A stretch of 64,000 nucleotides of DNA from Oscillospiraceae bacterium (GTDB lineage: Bacteria > Bacillota > Clostridia > Oscillospirales > CAG-272), in contig SVRQ01000003.1 of the NCBI GenBank assembly GCA_015064725.1, positions 29,372-93,371 on the forward strand, written 5' to 3'. Numbering within the stretch: position 1 is the first letter of the stretch; each line of letters begins with the position of its first letter. Both the position numbers and the translations under genes were made by a program. This document shows, piece by piece, positions 56,688 through 64,000 of the stretch. A model generated the notes under the pieces. The model was not told where the DNA came from and did no database searches. It saw only the letters and a list, made by a program, of their open reading frames with translations.

Positions 56688-56718
56688 AAAAAAGACACGG
56701 TTCGCCGTGTCTTTTTTA
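56688..56718 (+). terminator. Rho-independent terminator
   Basis: aaagacacgg-ttcg-ccgtgtcttt followed by tttatt. Confidence 0.9.
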
Positions 56719-56782
56719 TTGCATAGGAAATTGCGCGCGTAACGTGCAAAATTTTTCTTGTTCAAACAAAGTTTTACTTATG

Positions 56783-56816
56783 AAAAAAACACGGCTTTAA
56801 AAAGCCGTGTTTTTGT
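56783..56816. terminator. Bidirectional terminator hairpin (A7 upstream, T4gttt downstream)
   Basis: cacggctt-taaa-aagccgtg. On the minus strand it is followed by ttttttt, so it ends minus-strand transcripts coming from 57040. Confidence 0.7.
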
Positions 56817-56820
56817 TTAC

Positions 56821-57040
56821 ATAGAAGTTCCCGCCCGGCCGTGTAGCCTCGATTAATCCCCTGCATTTGAGCAAGGACGGATCCCTTATCCTCTTACTTT
56901 GTGCTCCCAGCGTCCGTTCAAGTCGTGACAAAGCAGGACTTTAGGGGAGGTCTGCATTCCCATAAGAGGCCACAGGTTCCAATTGTAAGGTGTAGGTATA
57001 ATACAAAGCGTATCACGAGAGGGGCAGGAAATTTGCAAAT
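56821..57040 (-). ncRNA. Candidate structured non-coding RNA of unknown class (or structured 3' UTR of the DUF1292 gene)
   Basis: ORF-free stretch that is G+C-rich, whereas other intergenic DNA here is AT-rich. Several 6-8 bp complementary segments. In two helices the imperfect position is a G-U pair only in the minus-strand transcript. Followed by a terminator on that strand. Confidence 0.4.
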
Positions 57041-57065
57041 TTAGTATATGCGCATTTGGAAAAGA

Positions 57066-57356
57066 TCATTCATTCCCTTTAAGAACATCGTAATCGATCT
57101 CGGAGAAAAATTCATCCTCCACCAAATCCGCAACAGAGTCATACTCTTCGTCATCCTCAATGGAAACAAGGCTTATATCGCCGTCTTCGGCATCTTCTGC
57201 GCGAAGGATAACGTAAGCACCCTCGTCATTATCTTCAAGAGGAATGAGAACGTAATATTCGTTACCGTCGTATTCGACAGTTCCGACCAATTCAAAATCC
57301 ACAGGATTGTCGTTTTCATCTATAAGAGAAAGTATTTCTCTTTCGTTATTGTTCAT
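57066..57356 (-). CDS. DUF1292-family small acidic protein
   Basis: MNNNEREILSLIDENDNPVDFELVGTVEYDGNEYYVLIPLED... typical DUF1292 pattern. Confidence 0.8.
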   Translation of the reverse strand: MNNNEREILSLIDENDNPVDFELVGTVEYDGNEYYVLIPLEDNDEGAYVILRAEDAEDGDISLVSIEDDEEYDSVADLVEDEFFSEIDYDVLKGNE

Positions 57357-57474
57357 TATAGGAAGTCTCCTTAGAGTATTTCATCGACATATATATTGTA
57401 TAACAAAATCGTCCATTAGTCAAGCGGAGAACGGTGTATTTTTTAATCTTTTTGAAAAAAATACATTTTTTGAA

Positions 57475-58065
57475 TTATTCCTTGATATATTTCCAATATT
57501 TTACGAGATAATCCATACCCGACCAAATAGTCATAACAACCATAGCCGCAAGAAGAACGTAAAGCGCACCGCGAAGCACCTGAGCAACAAGCTCGTTGCC
57601 AATCACAGCCGTCAAAAACGGCTCCAGGATGGCGATGGAAACGAAGAGCATCTGAACTGTTGTCTTTATCTTTCCGAGCATTGCAGCCGCTATAACAGAG
57701 CCGTCCGCGCTTGCCGCAACAAGGCGCATAGACGTTACCGCGAGCTCGCGGAGAATAACTATCGCTGTTGCAAACGTAAGGAGTATGCCGTAAAGAGAAC
57801 CTGCATTTCCGTAGCAAAGGCAAAGCAGAGATGCCATTACCATAACCTTATCCGCAACAGGATCAAGGAACTTGCCAAGGTTAGTTACAAGACCGTATTT
57901 GCGTGCAATGCTTCCATCGAGGAAGTCCGTGCAAGCCGCAACGATATATATTACCGCCGCGATAAGGTAGCTCCAATATCCGAGCCCTAAATTGCAGAGA
58001 TAAAATACCATAAATACGGGAACAAGGATAACGCGCAAAAGAGTAAGTTTATTCGGTAGATTCAT
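57475..58065 (-). CDS. pgsA: CDP-diacylglycerol--glycerol-3-phosphate 3-phosphatidyltransferase
   Basis: NLPNKLTLLR N-terminus. CDP-alcohol transferase motif DFLDGSIARKYGLVTNLGKFLDPVADK. Confidence 0.9.
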   Translation of the reverse strand: MNLPNKLTLLRVILVPVFMVFYLCNLGLGYWSYLIAAVIYIVAACTDFLDGSIARKYGLVTNLGKFLDPVADKVMVMASLLCLCYGNAGSLYGILLTFATAIVILRELAVTSMRLVAASADGSVIAAAMLGKIKTTVQMLFVSIAILEPFLTAVIGNELVAQVLRGALYVLLAAMVVMTIWSGMDYLVKYWKYIKE

Positions 58066-58083
58066 AAAAGCCCTTCCCTTTCT

Positions 58084-59430
58084 TTATCGAACTATATCGC
58101 CGATAAGGTCATAGTCAATAACGTCATCGATCTTTACGTTAACAAATTCGCCGGGGGCAATGCGCTTTTTGCCGATCTCGGGGCGGAAGTAAATCTTCGC
58201 ATCGATGTCGGGTGCATCTGCCGTGCTTCTGCCGAAATAAGTTTCGGCGGCAACGTCATATGCTTCGCAAAGAACCTTAACTGTCTTTCCTATGAGGGCT
58301 TCGTTCTTTTTCTCCATAATATGGAGCTGCTCGCGCATTATAATATCGTAGCGTTCCTGCTTCGTCTGCTCATCGATCTGATCTTCAAAATCGTAAGCAG
58401 GTGTATCCTCCTCGCGGGAGTAAGTGAACGCGCCGAGCCTGTCAAACTGAGCTTCCTTGATGTATTCGCAAAGCTCGTTGAAATCTTCTTCGGTCTCGCC
58501 GGGGAAGCCGACCATAACCGTTGTACGGATAACGATTCCGGGAACCTCTTCGCGAAGTCTTTTCACAACGTCGCGTATAACGGAGCCGTCGCCGTGGCGG
58601 TTCATACGCTTCAGCACGTTGTTGCTGATATGCTGGATAGGAAGGTCGATGTATTTTACAACTCTTTCGTTATCGCGCATTTCCGCGATGAGATCCGCCG
58701 TGATCTTATCGGGGTAGCAGTAGAGAAGGCGGATCCACGGAATGCTTGTAGCATCCGTTATAGCGCGCACAAGCTTCGCAAGGCTGTACTCGCCATAGAT
58801 GTCCACGCCGTATCTGGACGTGTCCTGAGCGATGATATTAAGCTCTTTAACACCAAGATCCTCAAGTTCCTTTGCCTCCGCCACGATGTCCTCGATAGGA
58901 CGGCTGCGGAACTTGCCGCGTATGCCGGGGATAGCGCAATAAGTACACTTATTGTCACAGCCCTCAGCTATCTTAATATATGCCATATGCTCGCCCGTTG
59001 TGACGATCCTCTCGCCGCCGAGAGCGCATTCATTCTTATCATCGAACGCGCTAAACTTTTCGTCGGAAAGCACCGCTGCCACAGCATCCTCTATTTTGTC
59101 AAGGCTGCCGACGCCGATGAGCGCATCGACCTCGGGAATTTCCTTGAAGATCTCCTCTTTATAGCGTTCTGCAAGACAGCCCGTAACGATAATGGCTTTA
59201 AGATTTTCGTGCTCCTTGAGCCAAGCGATATCAAGGATATTTTCGATAGATTCCTTTTTCGCACTTTCGATAAAAGCGCAGGTATTGATGATAACAACGT
59301 CCGCTTCGGTTTCATCGGGCGTTATAGCGTAGCCCGCATTCGCAAGACGCGCAAGCATCACTTCCGTGTCGATAAGGTTTTTGGAGCAACCGAGCGACAC
59401 AAAGCCGATTTTAATTGCATTCTTATTCAT
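58084..59430 (-). CDS. rimO: Ribosomal protein S12 methylthiotransferase
   Basis: MTTase N-domain GFVSLGCSKNLIDTE...INTCAF, radical SAM CDNKCTYC, and C-terminal TRAM domain. Confidence 0.9.
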   Translation of the reverse strand: MNKNAIKIGFVSLGCSKNLIDTEVMLARLANAGYAITPDETEADVVIINTCAFIESAKKESIENILDIAWLKEHENLKAIIVTGCLAERYKEEIFKEIPEVDALIGVGSLDKIEDAVAAVLSDEKFSAFDDKNECALGGERIVTTGEHMAYIKIAEGCDNKCTYCAIPGIRGKFRSRPIEDIVAEAKELEDLGVKELNIIAQDTSRYGVDIYGEYSLAKLVRAITDATSIPWIRLLYCYPDKITADLIAEMRDNERVVKYIDLPIQHISNNVLKRMNRHGDGSVIRDVVKRLREEVPGIVIRTTVMVGFPGETEEDFNELCEYIKEAQFDRLGAFTYSREEDTPAYDFEDQIDEQTKQERYDIIMREQLHIMEKKNEALIGKTVKVLCEAYDVAAETYFGRSTADAPDIDAKIYFRPEIGKKRIAPGEFVNVKIDDVIDYDLIGDIVR

Positions 59431-59442
59431 AATTTCCCCCGA

Positions 59443-60864
59443 TCATTTTGTGTATTTTGTGCCCTGGGGTGTATCTATAAGAGTAATTCCCTTTGCCGCG
59501 AGGTCGTTACGGATAGCGTCTGCACGGGCAAAATCCTTCGCCTTCTTTGCAGCCTTGCGCTCTTCGATAAGCGCTACTATCCACATATCTTCCTCGGGAA
59601 TAACGATCTCTTCCGCTGCTGGAGCTTTGGGTTCTTCCTTCTTACCGCTGAGAAGATCGAGCGCGAGGACTTTGTCAAGGTCAGCCGCAACAGCGCGCTT
59701 TGTAGCGTCGGAAATAGCTTTATCCTTGAGCATATCATAAAGCACTGTAAGACCCTGCGCCGTGTTTATATCGTTGCCGACAGCGTCTATAAACTTCTGT
59801 CTGTAAGCGGCAACGGCACTTTCGTCAACCTCTCCCTCTGTTTTGAGGTTTGTAATGCGTTTAAGAAGCTTTTGGTAAGCAGCTTCCGCATTTCCGAGCG
59901 TTTCCCAAGAGAACACAAGAGGCTTGCGGTAATGGCTCTGCAAGCAGAAAAGTCTGTATGCAAGGGGATTTACGTTCTTGCTTTCAAGCAAGGAAAGCGT
60001 AAGGAACTCTCCGCTGGATTTGCTCATCTTGCCGCGTTCGTCATTGAGGTGCTGAACGTGGAACCAATAGTTGCACCATTTATGTCCAACGTAAGCTTCG
60101 CTCTGCGCTATTTCATTCGTGTGGTGGGGGAAGATATTGTCCACGCCGCCGCAGTGAATATCAAGGTATTCGCCGCAGTGCTTCATACTGATGCAGGAGC
60201 ATTCGATATGCCAGCCGGGGTAACCAACGCCCCAAGGGCTATCCCACTTGAGCTCCTGAGAGTCAAATTTGGATTTTGTGAACCAAAGAACGAAGTCGCT
60301 CTTGTTGCGCTTGTTTTCGTCCTCGGAAACGTCATCGCGCACGCCGATCTTGAGGTCGTCGGAGTTATGACCCGTGAGCGCATTGTAATCCTTGACCTTG
60401 GAGGTGTCAAAATACACGTTTCCGCCCGCGATATATGCGTATCCTTTTTCGATAAGGCTTTCGATGGTCGCAATGAAGGAATCGATGCAGCCGGTTGCGG
60501 GCTCAACGACGTCGGGCGTTCTTATATTGAGCTTTTTGCAGTCCGCAAAGAATGCATTCTTATAAAATTCCGCGATCTCCATAACGGTCTTCTGCTCGCG
60601 TTTTGCGCCTTTGAGCATCTTATCCTCGCCCGTGTCCGCATCGCTTGTAAGATGACCTACGTCCGTTATATTCATAACGCGAAGAACTTCGTAGCCGTAA
60701 TAGCGAAGGAAGCGGTCGAGCGCGTCCTCCATAATGTAGGTTCGCAGGTTGCCTATATGTGCAAAATGGTACACCGTGGGACCGCAGGTGTACATTTTAA
60801 CCTTTCCCTGCTCGTTCGGAACGAACTCTTCTATCTGTCTTGAGAGTGTGTTGTAAAGTTTCAT
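59443..60864 (-). CDS. cysS: Cysteine--tRNA ligase
   Basis: MYTCGPTVYHFAHIGNLR (HIGH region) and KMSKSSG (KMSKS). Confidence 0.95.
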   Translation of the reverse strand: MKLYNTLSRQIEEFVPNEQGKVKMYTCGPTVYHFAHIGNLRTYIMEDALDRFLRYYGYEVLRVMNITDVGHLTSDADTGEDKMLKGAKREQKTVMEIAEFYKNAFFADCKKLNIRTPDVVEPATGCIDSFIATIESLIEKGYAYIAGGNVYFDTSKVKDYNALTGHNSDDLKIGVRDDVSEDENKRNKSDFVLWFTKSKFDSQELKWDSPWGVGYPGWHIECSCISMKHCGEYLDIHCGGVDNIFPHHTNEIAQSEAYVGHKWCNYWFHVQHLNDERGKMSKSSGEFLTLSLLESKNVNPLAYRLFCLQSHYRKPLVFSWETLGNAEAAYQKLLKRITNLKTEGEVDESAVAAYRQKFIDAVGNDINTAQGLTVLYDMLKDKAISDATKRAVAADLDKVLALDLLSGKKEEPKAPAAEEIVIPEEDMWIVALIEERKAAKKAKDFARADAIRNDLAAKGITLIDTPQGTKYTK

Positions 60865-60880
60865 AAAAAATCTCCGATTT

Positions 60881-60924
60881 TTAAAAAATTCACCTTTGTC
60901 GAGCTATGCCGGCAAAGGTGAATT
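60881..60924 (-). terminator. Rho-independent terminator of pckA, abutting the cysS RBS
   Basis: Minus strand reads aattcacctttg-(14 nt)-caaaggtgaatt followed by tttttt. GGAG RBS and the cysS ATG follow within about 20 nt. Confidence 0.8.
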
Positions 60925-60983
60925 CTCTTTTGTATATTTTTATTTATTCAATCTGCCGTTTTATTCAGATGAATTTATAAAAT

Positions 60984-62555
60984 TTACGCTTTAGGACCTG
61001 CGTTCACAATGTTTTCAGGCATATGTGTGTATTTTTTGAAGTTTTCCTGGAATTTAGCAGCGAGAGCTTTTGCGCTTGCTTCATAAGCGTCTTTGTCCGC
61101 CCACATGCTCTTGGGATCGAGCATTTCGGAAGGAACGTTGGGGCAGGATTTGGGAACGAGCACGTTGAAGATGGGATCGAGTTCATATTCAACAGAATCG
61201 AGCTCGCCTGCAAGAGCCGCAGAAACCATTGCACGAGTATATTTGAGTTTCATTCTCGGAACGTCGCCTGCTTTACCGCCGCACCAACCTGTGTTAACGA
61301 GGAATACGTTAGCACCTGTTTCTTTGAGCTTTTCGCCGAGCATTTCAGCATAAACGCTGGGGTCAAGCGGGAAGAAGGGAGCGCCAAAGAGTGTGGAGAA
61401 CGTTGTCTGGGGTTCTGTAATACCGCGTTCCGTACCTGCAAGCTTGCTTGTGTAACCGGAAACGAAGTGATACATAGCCATATCGTTATCGAGCTTGGAG
61501 ATGGGGGGAATTACGCCGAATGCGTCCGCTGTAAGGAATACGATCGTGGAAGGAACGCCGCCTACACCGGGGATAGCTGCATTGGGGATATAATCTACAG
61601 GGTAACCTGCACGTGTGTTTTCTGTAAGAGAACCGTCTGCATAGTCGGGAACGCCTGCTTCGTTAACGATAACGTTTTCAAGAAGTGTACCGAACTTGAT
61701 AGCGTTGTAGATCTCGGGTTCGTTTTCAGCCTTGAGGCCGATGCACTTAGCATAGCAACCGCCTTCGATGTTGAACACACCGTCGGGAGACCAGCCGTGT
61801 TCGTCGTCACCGATGAGCTTACGGTTGGGGTCTGCGGAAAGAGTTGTCTTACCTGTACCGGAAAGACCGAAGAATACAGCGGAGTCGCCTTTTTCGCCGA
61901 TGTTAGCGGAGCAGTGCATAGAAAGGATGCCCATCTTGGGAAGAACGTAGTTCATAACGGAGAATACGCTCTTCTTGATCTCGCCTGCATACTGGCTGCC
62001 TGCGATGAGAACTTCGTGTGCTTCGTAGTCGATGATGATAGCAGCTTCGCTGTGAACACCGTCGATTTCGGGAATGCACTTGAAGCCGGGAGCAGCAAGG
62101 ATAGTGAAATCGGGTTCGTATGTTTCAAGGTCTTCCGCTGTGGGACGGATAAGGAGCTGGTGGATAAACATATTCTGAGAAGCGAGTTCGTTTACAACGC
62201 GGAATCTCTGAGTATATTTGGGGTCTGCACCTGCAAAGCCGTCGAACACGAAGAGCTCTTTGTTCTGAAGGTATGCGAGCATTTTTGCTTTGATAGCTTC
62301 GTATTTTTCTTTTGCGATAGGTCTGTTGATCTTGCCCCAAGCGATATCGTCGTGGATAGTGGGTGTGTCAACGATAAACTTATCGTCGGGGGAACGACCT
62401 GTGTATTTACCTGTTTCAACAACAAGCGCACCTGTGTCGGAAAGTGTACCTTCGCCGCGCTCAAGAGCTGCTGTTACAAGTTCCGGAACGGAAAGGTTGC
62501 GGTAAACTACACCGTCGCCGGCAATACCAAGATCAATGGGAAGTAATGTTTTCAT
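60984..62555 (-). CDS. pckA: Phosphoenolpyruvate carboxykinase (ATP)
   Basis: [12 protein letters not shown] and kinase-1a loop [13 protein letters not shown], conserved over the full length. Confidence 0.95.
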   Translation of the reverse strand: MKTLLPIDLGIAGDGVVYRNLSVPELVTAALERGEGTLSDTGALVVETGKYTGRSPDDKFIVDTPTIHDDIAWGKINRPIAKEKYEAIKAKMLAYLQNKELFVFDGFAGADPKYTQRFRVVNELASQNMFIHQLLIRPTAEDLETYEPDFTILAAPGFKCIPEIDGVHSEAAIIIDYEAHEVLIAGSQYAGEIKKSVFSVMNYVLPKMGILSMHCSANIGEKGDSAVFFGLSGTGKTTLSADPNRKLIGDDEHGWSPDGVFNIEGGCYAKCIGLKAENEPEIYNAIKFGTLLENVIVNEAGVPDYADGSLTENTRAGYPVDYIPNAAIPGVGGVPSTIVFLTADAFGVIPPISKLDNDMAMYHFVSGYTSKLAGTERGITEPQTTFSTLFGAPFFPLDPSVYAEMLGEKLKETGANVFLVNTGWCGGKAGDVPRMKLKYTRAMVSAALAGELDSVEYELDPIFNVLVPKSCPNVPSEMLDPKSMWADKDAYEASAKALAAKFQENFKKYTHMPENIVNAGPKA

Positions 62556-62701
62556 AGATTATATTCCTCCATTTAATAGAATAACATTGTTTATGAAAAT
62601 AGTATAACATACATTAAACAAAAAATAAATAGTTTTCACAAAAATGTTTTTAAAAATTCACGTTTTTATAAAAAATTTCAGATCGTTTTTTGCATTGTTT
62701 C

Positions 62702-62740
62702 CAAACAAAAACGCCCTGCCCGCAGGCAAAGGCGTTTTTG
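62702..62740 (-). terminator. Rho-independent terminator of the ACP gene
   Basis: Minus strand reads aaaacgcc..cctg-cggg-cagg..ggcgtttt followed by tgtttgg. Confidence 0.7.
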
Positions 62741-62767
62741 TTATACCAAGGAAGAAAAAAGCGCGGA

Positions 62768-62995
62768 TCAGTTAGCTTTTTCGGCGAGGTAGTTTACAAC
62801 GTCGCCTACTGTAAGGAATGTGTGAAGATCATCTTCTTCAAAAGTTACGTTGAACTTATCTTCGCAGATGAAAACGAGGTCAGCAAGTTCAAGGGAGTTG
62901 ATGCCGAGGTCATTTACGAATTCTGCCTGGGGAGTGATCTTTTCCTCATCGATGCTAAATTCTTCAACAAGAATTTTTTTGATTTCTTCTAACAT
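62768..62995 (-). CDS. Acyl carrier protein
   Basis: 75 aa. Phosphopantetheine attachment context FVNDLGINSLELADLV. Confidence 0.85.
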   Translation of the reverse strand: MLEEIKKILVEEFSIDEEKITPQAEFVNDLGINSLELADLVFICEDKFNVTFEEDDLHTFLTVGDVVNYLAEKAN

Positions 62996-63027
62996 TTTAA
63001 AATGCTCCTTAAAGTTATATTATTATA

Positions 63028-64000
63028 TTATTTTACTTTGTAACGAAGGATCTTTCTCGAAGTATTCTTTTCAAATTCCGTTTCGCGGATCTCTACTTCG
63101 TGAATGTGTTTGAAAGCGGGAAGCTGCTTGTTGATGTCAACGATAACTTCATCAAACGTTGCTTTGATTTCTTCGGGAGTTTTGCCCTCAAACTGTGTAT
63201 AATCGGGGTAAATGAGCGCCGCGATGGACGTTTCATCGCCTTCCTCGTTCTTTCTGCCGACAACAACGGCTTCCGCAACGAGAGGATTTGCAGTAATATA
63301 CTCTTCAAGCTCTTCGGGGAATACGTTCTTACCGTTGGAAAGAATGATAACGTTCTTCTTTCTGCCCGTGATAAAGATAAAGTTATCTTCGTCGATATAA
63401 CCGATATCGCCCGTCTTGAACCAACCGTCTTCCGTGAATACTTCAACGGTTGCCTTGGGGTTCTTATAGTAACCGAGCATTACGTTGTTACCCTTAACAA
63501 CTATTTCACCCGTTTCATCTTCTTCGTGAGCTTTGTCTATACGAACCTCAACGCTGTTTACTTTAAGACCTGTGGAGTGGTATTTTTTCCAGCCCATAGG
63601 GTTGCAGGAAACGAGAGGAGAGCATTCCGTAATACCGTAGCCTTCGCAGATATTGATACCGAAGGAATCGAAATCCTTTACAAGCTCGGGACGAAGAGGC
63701 GCACCGCCGCAAACGATATATTTAAGTCTGCCGCCGAGAGCCGCGTGAACGTCTTTGAAGAGCTTGCGGCGAAGGTCGATGCCGACCTTGAGAAGTCCGT
63801 CGGAAAGCTTCATAGCAGCGCGGACCGTCTTTCTCATACCCTTCTTATCGATCTCTGCCCAGATCTTCTTGTAGATAGTTTCTACATAAAGGGGAACGAG
63901 AACGAGCGCTGTGGGTTTGTACTTAGAGAAGTTGCGAAGAGTGTTCTTTATAGAGTCATTGATCATCGTTGCCGCGCCCGCGTTGGGAAGAGCAAGCTGA
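63028..64000 (-). CDS. AMP-dependent synthetase / acyl-CoA (or acyl-ACP) ligase, 5' end outside the window
   Basis: Paralog of 17466-19166 (LVLVPLYVETIYKKI, GYGITE, WFKTGDIG, GRKKNVIILSNGKNVFPEELE). The frame stays open to nt 64000. Confidence 0.85.
   Translation of the reverse strand, partial: QLALPNAGAATMINDSIKNTLRNFSKYKPTALVLVPLYVETIYKKIWAEIDKKGMRKTVRAAMKLSDGLLKVGIDLRRKLFKDVHAALGGRLKYIVCGGAPLRPELVKDFDSFGINICEGYGITECSPLVSCNPMGWKKYHSTGLKVNSVEVRIDKAHEEDETGEIVVKGNNVMLGYYKNPKATVEVFTEDGWFKTGDIGYIDEDNFIFITGRKKNVIILSNGKNVFPEELEEYITANPLVAEAVVVGRKNEEGDETSIAALIYPDYTQFEGKTPEEIKATFDEVIVDINKQLPAFKHIHEVEIRETEFEKNTSRKILRYKVK

Noticed and set aside
58321-60843. 840-aa plus-strand ORF spanning the rimO and cysS antisense strands
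   Set aside because: It crosses two well-supported minus-strand genes and their intergenic gap. It has no motifs and a composition typical of antisense translation.
60865-60983. T-box riboswitch upstream of cysS
   Set aside because: The spacer is only 119 nt and lacks the specifier loop architecture and the conserved T-box sequence. It contains only the pckA terminator.
61023-62546. 507-aa plus-strand ORF opposite pckA
   Set aside because: Shadow ORF of pckA.

Overview
This is a Clostridia-type chromosomal segment. It is probably from an Oscillospiraceae/Ruminococcus-like organism, inferred only from the cohesin-dockerin proteins and gene content. About three quarters of the window is compact housekeeping DNA of moderate G+C: mazF-like toxin, yajC, yqeG, hpf, rlmD, ygiQ, purF-like, cca, argG/argH, ribF, peptidases, pgsA, rimO, cysS, pckA, an ACP and acyl-CoA ligases. 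Many of these genes carry near-consensus SigA promoters and clear Rho-independent terminators. Between about 20.65 and 36.55 kb lies a visibly AT-rich accessory island of about 16 kb. It sits between cca and an ADP-ribosylglycohydrolase/XRE operon and has no integrase, transposase or tRNA. The island contains five parts. (i) A 1067-aa orphan protein with a poly-Asn microsatellite. (ii) Two convergent modules of small unknown proteins plus NYN-nuclease, degenerate ADP-ribosylglycohydrolase, P-loop NTPase and PIN/kinase-N-lobe proteins; this is the best candidate for an undescribed defence or toxin-like system. (iii) A 590-nt non-coding block with a 137-bp tandem duplication bracketed by terminator hairpins. 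(iv) A 1519-aa dockerin-bearing S8 protease. (v) A multi-cohesin scaffoldin. Other notable items elsewhere in the window:
- an in-frame cassette insertion with duplicated terminal codons at the 3' end of rlmD;
- an orphan mazF;
- a catalytically dead PBP5-like protein;
- a PurF paralog lacking Cys1;
- operator-like repeats at two promoters;
- a G+C-rich structured-RNA candidate downstream of a DUF1292 gene.
All functional calls come from motif recognition by eye. No database search was run.
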